Assembly (NCBI GenBank): GCA_964016885.1
Contig: OZ024748.1
Span: 868,001 to 932,000 of the forward strand
Origin: Eledone cirrhosa
Lineage: Eukaryota
Length of the DNA stretch: 64,000 bases
Reading direction: 5' to 3'
Shown here: piece by piece, positions 26,087 to 40,977 of the stretch
Position numbering within the stretch: position 1 is the first letter of the stretch
Layout: each line of letters starts with the position of its first letter
Made by a program: the position numbers and the translations under genes
Notes under the pieces: model-generated
The model's input: only the letters and a program-made list of their open reading frames with translations
Told to the model about the DNA's origin: nothing
Databases searched by the model: none

Positions 26087-26127
26087 TATATATATATACA
26101 CATATACATATATATATATATACACAT

Positions 26128-26182
<55 letters not shown>

Positions 26183-26356
26183 CAAATATATATCTATATA
26201 CATATACAAATATATATATATATATATATATACATACACACACACATATATATATATACATACACACATATATATATACATACACACACATATATATATA
26301 TACATACACACATATATATATATACACACACACACATATATATATACATACACACG

Positions 26357-26434
<78 letters not shown>

Positions 26435-26565
26435 CATACACACACACACACATATATATACATATATACATACACACACATATATATATACACAGTATGA
26501 CGAAAATTTGTCTATGTATGTATGTATGTACATATATATATATATATATATGTGTGTATATATAT
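25583..26565. repeat. Compound TA/CA microsatellite
   Basis: Direct reading. Confidence 0.95.
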
Positions 26566-27221
26566 TCTTTTGTAATGGGAGATTTATGATAATATTTTTG
26601 TGTTACCATTGTCGGAATAGCTTTATTATTGCACTTCTGGTGTATAGAAAAGCCATTTCCCTCTATACTATTTTGTTCATACCCATTCCATGTTTTCTCA
26701 TATGCTACAGTTATTATAATATTTGTCTTTTTGTGTGTGTCTTTCTTCCATCAGAGGATATATATTGAAGTAACTATGTATAGATTATTAATATTATTAT
26801 TGTTGTTGCTGTTGTTGTTCTAACAAAGGGCTTTTAGGTTTTGAAATTAATGTTTGATAGCAAGTAAATATTGTTAATCCTCGGAAGGAATTGTTAAATG
26901 TTTCATCTTATTTTTCTTCTAAATCTTCTCCACTTCATGTAACTAACCCTAACTTCCACCCAATAATGACAGATTTATATAATTGTAATGTTAGTCAATA
27001 GAAATATTTTATTTATTGTTGGTTTATTTTAAACACACACACACTCTGAGACAGACACTATTGTAAGCTATGCTTATAATGAATGTTAAAATACATTGAT
27101 TTGTAGAAATATGTAATGCTGTTTACCAAACTAATATACATTGTAATATGTAATGGTTAGTGCACGAACATATATTGTAATATGTAATGGTTAGTACACT
27201 AATAATATATGAACACAGTAG

Positions 27222-27427
27222 TTAATTTTTAACATTATATGATTTAGCAGAAAATGTCTAAAAATGGATTTAATTCAAATATTTATACTATCTTTACTGA
27301 TGGACAGGTCATAGTGAAAATTAGAATAGATTTCATTCTTTAATGCAATGCAATCATAGTCCTGTTTTGTACTTTCAAGAATGCCTTGCTTATGCTGCTT
27401 CATGTGGTACAGGATGTTAAAAGTTAA
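27222..27427. mobile_element. piggyBac-like MITE family B, diverged copy
   Basis: TTAA flanks. Shares gacag.tcat.gtgaaaatt, ttttgtactttc and tacaggatgttaa.agttaa with 7901-8109. Confidence 0.6.
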
Positions 27428-27562
27428 CACACTGTCTTGTAATATGGTGATTATAATTATTAGACTCTTTGTTTTATTAATATTTGATGTAATAGTAATA
27501 GTTAGAATTGTTTTCACTTCACTAATAATGTAATTAGTGCACTGTTTCAAGAAAATGTGTTC

Positions 27563-27840
27563 TATCATCATCATCGTTTAACATATATTTTCCATGCTTG
27601 CATGCTCTAGATGAACTGTCATATTAAGAAGATAGACAGTTGGCCATATGAACTGTCTCTGGTTGGGTTTTAAATCTAAATGCCCTTCCTATGACCTACC
27701 ACTTTAGTGTATCTACTGGGAGCATTTTATCGTGGCCCCTGCTCTACTACGTTACATTGCAGACTGGGTGCTTTTTGTTGTGGCACCAACATTACCACTA
27801 CAGAGTAAACTGGGTGTTTTATATGATGGCACCAGCACTA
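27563..27840 (-). mobile_element. Degraded SINE/RTE 3' region
   Basis: (CAT)n tail, tttccatgcttgcatg, atgcccttcct and ctgggtgctttt. Confidence 0.55.
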
Positions 27841-29589
27841 TACTCCATCTTAAATGAAAATTAACTTCCTGTTTATTAAGCTAAAATATTTTCATTGATA
27901 CTTAAAAAAAAAAAACGATTGTTTTGAGTTGATTGAGATATCAAAAATGATGCTAAATTATCATAACCCTGCCACCATTAATTTCATTTTGGTTAAGGGG
28001 TTTTATATATTTATGAGTTCCATGTATTGAGTTTTAGATTTGTGTTTTGTCTAAGAGGAAGTGAACATTCTTACAAAATGTATTTAACTTTTTTCATTCC
28101 AACACACATGAGATTGTGCTCCTGGTTGTACGATACAACTCCCATTCATATTTAACTTGAAACCTTCCATCATAAACTTATGTAAGCATCTTTTTGTTTA
28201 AGTCTAAACACCAGTTTGTTATTTTACTTAATCTTTTTGAATTCTTGATTAGTTTTAAAATTAATTAAAACACAAAGGACAGTGTGTTTTGTTAGATGAA
28301 AAATATGGTCTCAAGTGAGTTATTATGGTCACAAGAAAAACATTTATTTATTTATTTATTATATTTTTTCTGCTTCTTAAATTTTTAGATTTCTTAACAG
28401 ATATCTTATAAAATTCTTCCCAACTAACTTACAGATATTGTTTGAGAATATTTAAAAAAGGACATTTTTATTTTTAGAATTCCGACTAAATTTTCTAAAT
28501 TTGTCATGAAATATATTTAAAGGAAAATGTCCTGATATTTTGAGATTAATATCTCTTTTTCCGAGGAAAATAAAGGAACTATTCCAGTGTCCAATGCAGC
28601 TTGCTATACCATGCTGACCGGAAGTAGTTTTAATGTTGTTTCTTTTTCATTCTCTTTTTTTTGTAATGCTTGTTTAGTCGCTTAAAGCTTTAATGTCATG
28701 GCAGCAAACTTACTTTAAACAGTTTCTTAAATCATCTGCATCATCATCATTATCGTTACACTAATAATTATCCTTGTTTGTTTATCTTTCCTTTACATCG
28801 TTTCATTTTTCGTTTCCTTTTTTGTTTTTTGTTCAATTTTGTTTTTAATTTTTTCATTCCTTTTTACTTTTTTCTTCTTGGTGTTTATTTTCTCTTTCTG
28901 GAGTTTACATTTCCTTCAGTGTCTTATTTTCATTATATTAAAAAACATCCTTATGGGGTTAATAAAATAAAGTACCAGTAATGCACTAGGTAATTGCTGG
29001 CCTTGTGCCAAAAGTAGAAACAATTATATTAAAAAACAAAACAAAAAATATATGTACACACACACATATATTAGATTTTCCTTCCTTCACATATTGTCTA
29101 TCCTGTTTGTTTCTTATGGTCAGTGTTAATTAATTTATATATCATCTAACTTGGTTGTGATCAAAGTTGTTCTAATCATTTAGGCCTTTTTTTGAAAAAA
29201 TTAACTATTTATTCTCTCACCCTCACCCACTCTACACCCTAATTTGCTAATGCTGATATTTGACACTATCCTTGTGCTAATTCTTAATATTAACTTAGCT
29301 TGACCCTTCTGTTACCAAACTTATCTGGAACCACCCTTGGTTCTACGGTATAACATTTTATGTAAGAACCTCTGTCAAGTTATGCTCCAAACACCAGCTT
29401 AATACTGATAAAACTTTAGTAATTTTACTAAATCTTTGAAATTTGGCTGAAGACTTTGAATTAATATGGATTTTGTATGAATGAACTGGTATGAATTTGG
29501 GAAGTTTACCAACTAATATTTGAAATATTTCATTTGTATGTTTCTATATTAAGAACACTAAAACTATGTTAATTATAACTTATGGATTT

Positions 29590-29722
29590 TGCTTCTATTT
29601 TAAGTGTGAGTTGTATCATTTTTGCCCCTATTTTAAATGTTAGGTGTATCATTTTTGCCCCTATTTTAAATGTCAGTTATATCATTTTTAACCCTATTTT
29701 AAGCGTGAGTTGTATCATTTTT
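29590..29722. repeat. 33-bp minisatellite, ~4 copies
   Basis: tgtatcatttttgcccctattttaaatgttagg variants. Confidence 0.85.
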
Positions 29723-30933
29723 GTTGCTGTAAATCATTGCTTTATTTATGCTTCTTGGTGTTAGTACTGTGACTAAGCATATTATCTCATATATAAATGT
29801 GTGATAAATTTAATCATATGATGGATAAATAGAGACAATAGCAATTACGATAATTATTTCATTCTTTAAGTGCTATAATGAAATTCTGATAATCTTGTAT
29901 AAGATTTAGTGTGTGCGAACATACGCTTCTATTTAGTGTTGATATACACCACTCTATTTCTTAAACGTAATTTCATTTTCATTGTATTTATAATTGTGCA
30001 ATTATTCAAATATATTGTAAACAAGAAAGTTTATTAAATATTATTTGTTATTTTCTTCCCCTCAACTAAAACTCTTCTAGAAATATTTTAATGATGAAAA
30101 TAATTATTTTTACTCAAGAATTCTTGTCAGATCCATGATCACTACAACTGTGGCAGTGTTATAAAGTTAGGGTATGGCCTAGACAACGACTGAGCAAAAT
30201 GTATATTTAAAGTAAATATAATTGCATTAATCTATATAATTGATTATCATAAAGGATAAGTTGAAATCAATAGTTGCTTCAAAACCCTTTTGAAGCAATA
30301 TTTTACTGCCAGATACCCCTTCTGTTGTCAACCTGTTTAATTACCTCTTATGACATGCAGAAAAATGATGTATCCATTCTAAACTTGATACTTTATAAGT
30401 ATAATATAAATATTCAATAAAAACTATATTATTTATATTACTATATTTGACATTTGAGGAGAGCAGGGATGAAGATGAAGACCTATTGATTATGCTTTTC
30501 ACCATTGAAATATTATTGACAGCTATTATTTATTTGCACTTAACTCGTGTTTCATCAATCTAAGTATATCAATGTTTTCTGCCACTAGTTCAGTATATTC
30601 TTTGTAGATAATTGACTGGATAAATAAGTTATTAATCTTCTCATCTGATGAGTTTTGTAAGTTCACATCAACTGTAGCTGTTTTGTATCTCTAGATAGTT
30701 CTCTCGTTAATTATTAATACCAAGAAAATGGTAGCAAGCTTTTCTTGAAATTTTATATGGTAATCAACTGTAGTCCTATCAATGGCAGATAGTTTATCTT
30801 ATAATCTTAATGTCGACCAATAGTTTAATAGAGTGGAGATTGTAAGAGATATACTAAGAACATCACCTATCCCAGATTCTCTTCGTCTTCTTTCTTGGTA
30901 TTGACCTGTAACACAATAAACAACTTCTAGTTT

Positions 30934-31099
30934 TATATTTAGACTATACCATTAGGGGTGTTCAGGTTGAATATACCATTAGGAGTGTTCAGGTTGATTA
31001 TATTTAGACTATACCATTAGGGGTGTTCAGGTTGACTATATTTAGACTATACCATTAGGGGTGTTCAGGTTGACTATATTTAGACTATACCATTAGGGG
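30934..31099. repeat. 38-bp minisatellite, ~4-5 copies
   Basis: tatatttagactataccattaggggtgttcaggttgac. Confidence 0.9.
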
Positions 31100-31441
31100 C
31101 GTGAAATATTTTGACATCATTTTTCTTTTTTAAATGTGGGCCTGCAAAATAACGTGATAGAATATTTCATGAAGCAGTAGAGAGATAAATACTGCATATT
31201 ATTTATTCATTGAGACATTGTGAAATATAATTAGTAAAGGTGTGTGTATGTATACATATTCCACTTCAGATTATTGTCCTACATCATACCCATTATGTAC
31301 ATTTCAAAGGCATTAAAATGTCCTTATGCAATAGTGATTTAATGCATTGTCGTCAGACAGGTGTTGAAAATAAAAACAATGTTTTTCTCTTTGGCATTTG
31401 ATATTCCTGCTGTTGTTCATTCAGGTTACAGCAGGCAAACA

Positions 31442-31495
<54 letters not shown>

Positions 31496-31691
31496 CATTA
31501 AACTACATCCAGTGGCAAGGCTCCAGTTCGGGAGTTCAGGAGCTGTGGGGAATGGAGTTACCCCTTAGTTGTCATAACTCCCAGGTCTGCTCTAGCCCGG
31601 AGTAGTAGTACCTGTTAGGGCCCCAATTTATGGGTTAAATAACTACCTTATTCGAGTGGCGCCGGTAAGGTATTGTCAGCCATTGAAAAGA

Positions 31692-31722
<31 letters not shown>

Positions 31723-33394
31723 TATATACTAAATGCTTTAAGAGCTTTTATGTCATCTTAATTTGTTATGTGTGAGAGAGGTGGGGAAAAAATTGGCAGG
31801 CATTTATGCCTTTTGTTTATGAAACAATTCTTTGTTTTCAGACATGATAGCTGATATCTCACATAGTTGATGTTAGGAGTTATTTTATGTTGAGTTTAGT
31901 TTTTTTAATAGTTAATTTGGGTTGTAAGGTGGAAATGGTTCTTATCGAGCTGAACAGACATGAGTTATATTGTTTTCACTTTAGAATATAGACATTTGTC
32001 ATGTATTATATAACATAATTACTAGCTAAACTGGTCCTAGTCCTTACAAATTAGGCATTGATAAACCCTTACTTTATGGACAGACAACAACTTCTATTAT
32101 ATGTGCCACTTAAAGATATTTAATAAAAAGGCAAAGATGGATTTTTCTTTTTGGATTTTTCTAATCTGTAAATTTAAAATTTGTATAGTTTAGTTTTATT
32201 TTTGACTGTATTGAATTTTGTTCAATTCTAAGAAATAGTAAATTAAAACCTATTAAACCGAACAATATCAAGAGACGATATGGACTTGTAACTCCTGAGG
32301 GAGTTGTAGGGGCGTGATATTGACATAGGTGTTTCTTAGGGCATTTTAGAACCTGGTGGAGCCCATCCCCTCTCCAGGCCTGAGTAAAATGGATTTCTTT
32401 CAGAGAAAGATTAGAGAGTGAGAGAAAGGAAGTGAAAAAGAGATATAGAGGAAGAATTGACCCAGTACTTGACTGGTACTTTTTTTTTTATCAAGATATA
32501 CAAAGACTTATATAGATGAGTGAAATTATTGATTAAAGGCTTGACCAACACACACACACAGACACACAGAGAGAGAGAGAGAGAGAGACGTTGTTAATGA
32601 TATAAATCTGAAGAAAACTAGATCACACAAGGTTGATTTTTAAGTCAACTGCGTTTTCAAAAAGGGAAATAAACCCCTTTGTGAAACAAATACAGTGTTG
32701 CCTCCCTTGAATTTTATTCCTATCACTTGACCCCGGTTGTACGTTCTTTTTTGTATTACATTCAGATAAAAATAATTTTTCTCTTTAGTCTTTCACTTAA
32801 TTATTAATTTTGTTGTGTAATTAATTAAGACTTACAGCTAGAATTTTATTAGTATTTAAAACATCTCCTTTTAGTTTGTAAAGTAAATTTTCTCAAATAG
32901 TTGACATGCTTATTTTTTTCAATTTTTTTTTTTTTTTTTTTTTGCATTCATCTTAATAATTTTGTGCCACTAAAATTTGAAATATAATTTAATTTAAAAC
33001 TTTATAGATAAATAAAGCAAAATAAAATAAAATAAAAATAGCCTGTAAATCTCACAATGAAGCTAATACTTTTGCATCTTCATGCTTTTTGTTTAACTAA
33101 AATTTTAAATATGATTTAATGAAATTATGAGTAAAGAAAGAAAGAAGTGTAAATTATGACGCTTATAATTTCACCTTGATATTGTTTGTGCCATGAGAAT
33201 TTTAATACAATTAAATTTAAATGAAATGAATGAGTAAAGAGAAAGTTTCATAAAAATAATACACCTGTAAATTATTATGAATTTAACGAGTGATCATCCA
33301 CGCAATCATCATTAGCACAAGCTTTATTATATTATAATTAATTAATTAATTAATGGTACCACTATCAATTACTTGTTGGTTTATTATTTATCAG

Positions 33395-33437
33395 GAGAAA
33401 TCTCAGCTTGTCTCGTTGCAATTTTTCCCAAGTTCAG
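33395..33437 (+). CDS. Likely 43-nt exon of the host gene, EKSQLVSLQFFPSS(G), phase 0 to 1
   Basis: tttatcag| acceptor, cag|gtatat donor, open frame, and the phase joins the 37665 exon (G+GC = Gly). Confidence 0.55.
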
Positions 33438-34026
33438 GTATATATGCAAGCAAGGCTTATTATATTATATATATATATATATAATATATATATATTACAT
33501 CATATAATAATTTTTTCCCTCTTTTTATACCTTTTAACTTTTTCTATCTCTTTATTATTTTTTTTTTCCTTTGTCAGTTGCCTGTTTTTTCCTTTTATTG
33601 GAAACAAAAAAAACAACAAAAAAAAACGAATTTGTTTAATCCATCTAAAAGTTTTATTTTCTACTCGTAGTTACTACTAACTGATTATTTTTATTATTAT
33701 ATTTTCCTTGTTTTATTATTATTTTTCGTTGTTGTTTTGCACATGCACTGCTTTGTCTGGCAGTTATTTGGTTTGATTTTAAAAGAAATAGAAGCTAAAA
33801 GCAAAGCATCTTTTATCAATCAATCATTTATCTATATATTAATCGATACATATGAAATTTATTCTTATTTATAGACTAGTTTATCTGTCTGTATGTCTCT
33901 CTGTCGGACTGTCTGTGTTTTTTCTCTCCAAGTTATGCAATTCTCTCTCATCTCTCATTTGTCTTACTACCAAATTGTATCTTTTTCTATCTTCTCATTT
34001 ACACCCCCCTCTTCCCTTTGATGCTT

Positions 34027-34059
<33 letters not shown>

Positions 34060-34257
34060 GTGTCCCCCCAAAAAATGTATACACACTGTGATTACCTGTA
34101 CAGGCAATATCTTTTTGAATGCTGTTGAAGTGTGTATATATATAAGCATTTGTTGTTTCCATTGCATCAAATGTAATGAAGTTGAAAGACTTCAAATCTA
34201 AATCTCTGCCAACCAACCATTATTAAAAGTCAGTCAGTCACACATAAAATATATTTT

Positions 34258-35545
34258 GTAGAACAGTCATATCATCATCATCATCATCATCATAGTAGAA
34301 CAGTCATATCATCATCATAGTAGAAATCATATCATCATCATAGTAGAACAGTCATATCATCAACATCATAGTAGAACAGTCATATCATCAACATCATAGT
34401 AGAACAGTCATATCATCAACATAGTAGAACAGTCATATCATCAACATAGTAGAACAGTCATATCAACATCATAGTAGAACAGTCATATCATCAACATAGT
34501 AGTACAGTCATATCATCAACATAGTAGTACAGTCATATCATCAACATAGTAGAAGTCATATCATCATCATAGTAGAACAGTCATATCATCATCAACATAG
34601 TAGAACAGTCATATCATCAACATAATAGAAGTCATATCATCATCATAGTAGAACAGTCATATCATCATCATAGTAGAACAGTCATATCATCATCAACATA
34701 GTAGAACAGTCATATCATCATCAACATAGTAGAACAGTCATATCATCATCATCATAGTAGAACAGTCATATCATCATCAACATAGTAGAACAGTCATATC
34801 ATCAACATAATAGAAGTCATATCATCATCATAGTAGAACAGTCATATCATCAACATAATAGAAGTCATATCATCATCATAGTAGAACAGTCATATCATCA
34901 ACATAATAGAAGTCATATCATCATCATAGTAGAACAGTCATATCATCATCATCATAGTAGAACAGTCAAATCATCATCAACATCATAGTAGAACAGTCAT
35001 ATCATCATCAACATAGTAGAACAGTCATATCATCATCATCATAGTAGAACAGTCATATCATCATCAACATAGTAGAACAGTCATATCATCAACATAATAG
35101 AAGTCATATCATCATCATAGTAGAACAGTCATATCATCAACATAATAGAAGTCATATCATCATCATAGTAGAACAGTCATATCATCAACATAATAGAAGT
35201 CATATCATCATCATAGTAGAACAGTCATATCATCAACATAATAGAAGTCATATCATCATCATAGTAGAACAGTCGTATCATCATCATCATAGTAGAACAG
35301 TCAAATCATCATCAACATCATAGTAGAACAGTCATATCATCATCAACATAGTAGAACAGTCATATCATCATCAACATCATAGTGGAACTAGTCATATCAT
35401 CAACATAGTAGAACAGTCATATCATCATCATAGTAGAATAGTCATATCATCATCAACATCATAGTAAAACGGTCATATCATCAACATAGTAAAACAGTCA
35501 TATCATCATCATAGTAGAACAGTCATATCATCATAGTAGATCAGT
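34258..35545. repeat. ~1.3 kb minisatellite: tagtagaacagtcata core with variable (tca/aca)n
   Basis: Direct reading. Dozens of units, with a recurring short variant taatagaagtcata. Confidence 0.95.
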
Positions 35546-35671
35546 GATATCATCATCATCGTTATTATCATTGTTGTTAGTTATCAGCATCATCTCTTGT
35601 CTTCTCAGCTGCAAGCTTATCTTCCTACATACAAGAGCTATTTATTTTGGTGCATCCTCATCTTTGCATTT

Positions 35672-35715
<44 letters not shown>

Positions 35716-36488
35716 TTCACCTCCACCACTCCACCACCACTGCCACCATCACTACCTCCACCACCACCATCTTTATTTGATATTGTATTGTTTTCATTGG
35801 CATGATAGATATAAATAAGGTGGGTGTTGGGTGGGTAGGGACAAAAAGCAAAATAAAATGAAAAATGAATGAAAAAGTCTTTCAAATAATGTTAACACGG
35901 ATAACATTGCTGAATGATTTTATTTAATGTCCTACATTATTGTTATTATTATTATCATTATTATTCTCCTCCAGCGTAGGTCATTCTAGATTATTTTATA
36001 AAGTTCTCTCAATCTTTCCCCATTAAATTCATGTTTCCCAAGCAATAAATATATTGAAGAAACTATATTTTAGAAAGAGATGAAAAATTGTTTTTAAAGA
36101 AATGAATGTTTGTTGATGTTAGAAATAAGGGAAAAAACTGTCTTTGATCAATAGTTAACTAATTAGAAAGGTGATGTTAAAAGTAGTAGCTAGATAAGAA
36201 ATATTGTAAATTGGACTTTACAAACATTAACTACTGTTGTAGAGTGTGTATATGTGTTTAGATATAGTTGTATGTATGTATGTGTGTGTGTGTGAGTATA
36301 TATATATATATATAAATATATATCAAGTTATAAATGCGAGGAAAGAATAGACAAATGCATACCCATTTTTTCTTCAAAATCCTGACTGCAATTTCACTGG
36401 CTGGTCTGCAGCAATCATGCACCAGTGCTGCGAGGCTGCACACACACACACGCGCGCACGCACGCACACACACGCACACACAATATAT

Positions 36489-36525
<37 letters not shown>

Positions 36526-37523
36526 TGTATGTAATGGATGTAAAAATAATAAAATAAGTTAAAACCAATGTCTTCGACTTTCTTAGAAATTGACTTAGAG
36601 AAGGAACACACCTTACCTCACATACACACTTCTTTACACATACATAGAATGTGTCAAGGAATATAATGTGAGACCTAGTAAAATAATCTCTTAGTAGAAA
36701 CAGTATATTTAGTATTACATCCCTTCAACCTCTACATTGGAATCATTTAATGAAACTAAATATTGAAACACACGTTAATATATATATTTATTTCATTAGT
36801 TTTTCTTTATATATTTAAAAATAGATGGTGGATATATCGAAGTAATATTATCTTTTTTTAATTATCATTCCTAGAGAAAATATATATATACATTTATATT
36901 GCTATTAACAAAGTAAGTTTATGTATTCTTTAGCTTTTTAAATGTGTGCATGTATGTATGTGTGTGTGTATATATATATGTATATATATATATGTGTGTG
37001 TATTTGTATATGCATATATATTTATATGTGTATATATATTTACGTACATACATATGTATGTATATAATGTATAAGTCATTTAAAAGGTTAAACATACATA
37101 GATGTGCTTGATTGTATGTGTCTAACTATTTTAGTAATGTTTCTTTTTAATAATAAACAGCTTTTGTGTAATCTTTTTATCTTTTAATAAGAACTATTTT
37201 CCTGAAATGTTGCTATGTCTCAACAGAAGAATTGTGTTTATAACATATATATATATATTGTCTAACTGCATGCTTTTGGAATTTTGAACATTTGTTTTTG
37301 CCTGCTTTCACTAACCTCTTTGGTCTGGCTATGTATTATGTATTCACCTCTGAGCCAAAGTATCTACTACTACCACTATTCCTACTACTACTACTACCAC
37401 TACTACTTATATATATGTATGTATGCATTTTGGGTGGCTACAGCAGCATAGCGTAATGACAAATAGCTTTATAATTTTTACTTGATTAAATTATTTCTGG
37501 TTCTTCTTCCTTCATGCAGGCAG

Positions 37524-37545
37524 ATGTTGGTAGCTTTCCCAAATG
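37524..37545 (+). CDS. Candidate 22-nt microexon MLVAFPN(G), with an alternative acceptor at 37520
   Basis: ttcttcttccttcatgcag gcag|...aaatg|gtatcg. Ends in phase 1, compatible with 37665. ctaac and TGCATG motifs lie upstream. Confidence 0.4.
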
Positions 37546-37664
37546 GTATCGGGCATCTAACTTTTACTAGCCGAGCTTAGTAATATCTTTGATTTTTTTT
37601 TTTTTTTTTTTTTTTTTCCTTTTATTTTTCACCTTATCTAATGTTCTTTTCTTTCTTTCTTTAG

Positions 37665-37738
37665 GCAAGTCCGGTATTGTCGGACCTAAAAAATCCGGAC
37701 AGTTGACCATCAGCCATGGAGTTGTCAGTGATTCCCAG
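37665..37738 (+). CDS. Internal exon of unidentified host gene, (G)KSGIVGPKKSGQLTISHGVVSDSQ, phase 1 to 0
   Basis: Long pyrimidine tract + ttag, cag|gtaaac donor, GC-rich island in AT-rich DNA, in frame with 41807. Confidence 0.85.
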
Positions 37739-37780
37739 GTAAACATTTCCCTTGTGTTTTTTTTCTTCTCATTAACCACC

Positions 37781-37993
37781 TTAACTCTTTAGCATTTAAA
37801 CTGATTGTATCCAGCCAGAATTATCTCGCCTTTTTCTTTTTAAACCGGCTGTCACTTGCCATTTATAGTGATGTTAAGGTATTGTTCTCAAAATAAATAT
37901 CAAAATCTCATAGATTCGGTATTATGTGAGATAAAGCCTTTACCACGAAAATATAATAGTAAATATAGAGTAATGTAAATGCTAAAGGGTTAA
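37781..37993 (+). mobile_element. piggyBac-like MITE family A
   Basis: TTAA flanks and TIRs. Confidence 0.88.
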
Positions 37994-38210
37994 ACCAATT
38001 CTGGTTTTACTGTACAAAATTGTTTGTTTTAAAGTGTTTATATTTATTATTTAAAAAAAAAAAAAAAAAGCCCAAAACCATCAGTCATAACTATTACCAT
38101 GCAAGTTTGGAAAAATGAGCATCAAAGGAATGACTTTCAAATTCTTAGTTATTCTAAAAATGATTTGAAAAAAATCACAATGTCTTTCATTAGAAATATT
38201 GTAACATTGG

Positions 38211-38243
<33 letters not shown>

Positions 38244-38966
38244 GTACAGCTGACCTTAGTAGGTAGTGTGGATAGTTAAACAGCAACTGATATTGTTACT
38301 AGTTTTAACATTTCTCAGACATGACTGTAAAGGGAGGTTTAAGAAAATGTTTAGTTATTAGCTGTTGTTGTTATGATGATGATTAATAGGTGGTAGTACA
38401 ATGGTATTTTTTGATAGACTAATTTGGCTGCTACTATTGCAGTAGTTATATCACCACCATCAATCAGTATCTTATATTTATATAGAAGAGACGTCAGATA
38501 AGTGACTGACTCTTTAGATAACTGATCTAAATCGTGACTAGAAACTCTCTTTGAGAAGTTTTTTTATCTCCAGTTGAAAACAAAAGTGTTTTCTCTGTGT
38601 AGAGAGATATGATGCAATCTATACACAACATTGGAATTGTTTTATACTTTAGCAGCTAGATTTAGAGAATTTACAAATAAGTGCATTATCATCATCATCA
38701 TCATCATCATCACCGTCATCATCACCGTCATCATTGATTTTTATATCCACTCTCCCATGCTGGACATTGTGACAATCTTATAGGCTGATTCCCTTCCTAA
38801 TGTGAAGTGTTTTACCCACTTTTTAAGATATGAAGAGATGATGTGCTTCTTTTCTAAAAAAACAGGCAGGAAAACCACATATATCAATGAAAACATTATG
38901 TATTAGATATTTCAAAGCTGTAGATATAGTTAGTTTCAGACACAGTTGGCCGAAAAGATCATGAAA

Positions 38967-39141
38967 TAAGAGTTGTTAGAACATAGAATAAAATGTCCTA
39001 AAGTAAGAGTTGTTAGAACATAGAATAAAATGTCCTAAAGTAAGAGTTGTTAGAACATAGAATAAAATGTCCTAAAGTAAGAGTTGTTAGAACATAGAAT
39101 AAAATGTCCTAAAGTAAGAGTTGTTAGAACATAGAATAAAA
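38967..39141. repeat. 37-bp minisatellite, ~4.7 copies
   Basis: taagagttgttagaacatagaataaaatgtcctaaag. Confidence 0.95.
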
Positions 39142-39854
39142 TTCTTTTACAATAATTGTTTTGGCTTCTTTTGAATTAAAATCTCATTGAGGTCAACTTC
39201 ACTTTTCACTCTTCCGGGAGTCAACAAGTAAATTACCTCACCAGATTGATGAAATTGTTTAATAGTTGGACAAAACATTTTGTTTTATCTGATCTACCTC
39301 TGTGTATTCTCATTTTAAATCCTGCCTCCTCTTGCCAGGAACTGTAATCAGGAGATAAAATCAGCAATGAAAACATTGTTTCCTTCATCTAATCTGATAA
39401 TCAGCTCCTTTTATTTTATTTTATTCTATTTTTTCCTGAACTTAACAAAAGTCTTGCAAAACTGAAGTATTTCTACTTACTTCATTAATTTAGTCTTTCT
39501 TGGTATTTATTCTTTTACTTGTGGAGTACAACCATGACGGTTAAAACATTTATTTTATTTGATCATTGTATTTATCCCTTTTTCTTTTTCAAGCCTGGTA
39601 CTTATTTTATCGATCTCTTTATTGAACTGCTAAGTTATGAACACAAACAAATATAGACACACACACACATAGTGGGTTGTCACATTGCTATCGCAAGGTT
39701 CTGGTTAGCTTAATTCTGTAGTAGAAGGCACTTGTCCAAGGTACCATACAGTACAACTGAACCTGAATCAATGTGGTTGCACATCAAACTCCTTAACCCC
39801 ACAGCCATACCTGTACCCAATGTCTTTCCTCCAAAGTGCACCACATATCCAGAA

Positions 39855-39903
<49 letters not shown>

Positions 39904-39933
39904 AAGCCAAATTTTCAGCTTTTAAACGCTGAG

Positions 39934-39984
<51 letters not shown>

Positions 39985-40239
39985 ATGAAGAGGACCCGTC
40001 CCACCCTTGCAAGCAAGGGAATGCGGACATATGATGATGATGATATATTCAAGCACTGAGATGCTACAAAAATACCTTATAAAATAGGGTGCAAACCCTT
40101 AAAAGACAGAAAAAGAAGTTGCCATCAGCTGCGATGAGGAATTGAACCCATATCTCCCAGATACTATATACATATACATGCGTATGTATGTATATATATA
40201 TCATCATACATATACATGCGTATGTATGTATATATCATT

Positions 40240-40560
40240 TCATCATACGTCCGCTTTTTCTCTGCTTGCAAGGGTGGGACGGTAACTGATTCTGGCTTGA
40301 TTTCTACAGCTGGATGCCCTTCCTAACACCAACCTCATTTACAGTGAGTGCTGGGTACTTTTTTGCCGTGGCACCTCCACAACCACTTTGCAGTGGAATG
40401 ATATGGACCCCAGTCCCTATCATCTCATTTCTACAGCTGAGTAAACTGGAGCAATGTGAAATAAAGTGTCTTGCTCAAGGAAACAACACATCACCCGGTC
40501 TGAGAATTGAACTCACAACCTTTCGATTGCAAGGCCAATGCTCTAACCACTAAGCCATGT
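40240..40560 (-). mobile_element. SINE family 1
   Basis: Matches the 1590 and 25256 copies. An inverted tail-only piece lies at ~39994-40043. Confidence 0.9.
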
Positions 40561-40977
40561 GTGTATATATATATATATATAGTGTGTGTGGATAGACTTC
40601 TTTAAACAAGATACTGACAATCTCTCTCCCCATCCATCACAACTTTCCTGCTATTTCCACCTTTTCATATATAATAATGATAATAATAATAATAACAATA
40701 ATAATGATTGTTTGTTGAAAGAAATTTTATTTATAAATATTTGCATCAGTCTTGGCAGGTGCTGGAATGTTTTTACATCATTGTTTTATTGAAATAATGA
40801 GTTGGTTTTTTAACTATTGTAGTAGAGGTTCATGAAGAATGTTAAATGTTATGTCAAAATCTAAAGATATCTTCACTGTTATTAACTTCACATTAGCATT
40901 TTTGTTTTACATGTAGAGATGTTATCTTAACCCTTTGCTTACCATATTTCTAATGCAATATACACTGTTAGAATCAA

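Noticed and set aside
28380-28625. Exon-like peptides (DILRLISLFP, ENKGTIPVSNAACYTMLTG)
   Set aside because: No consistent acceptor/donor pair gives an open frame. Kept only as a weak possibility.
30934-39141. CRISPR-like arrays in the 37-38 bp repeats
   Set aside because: The units are head-to-tail without unique spacers, and the context is eukaryotic.
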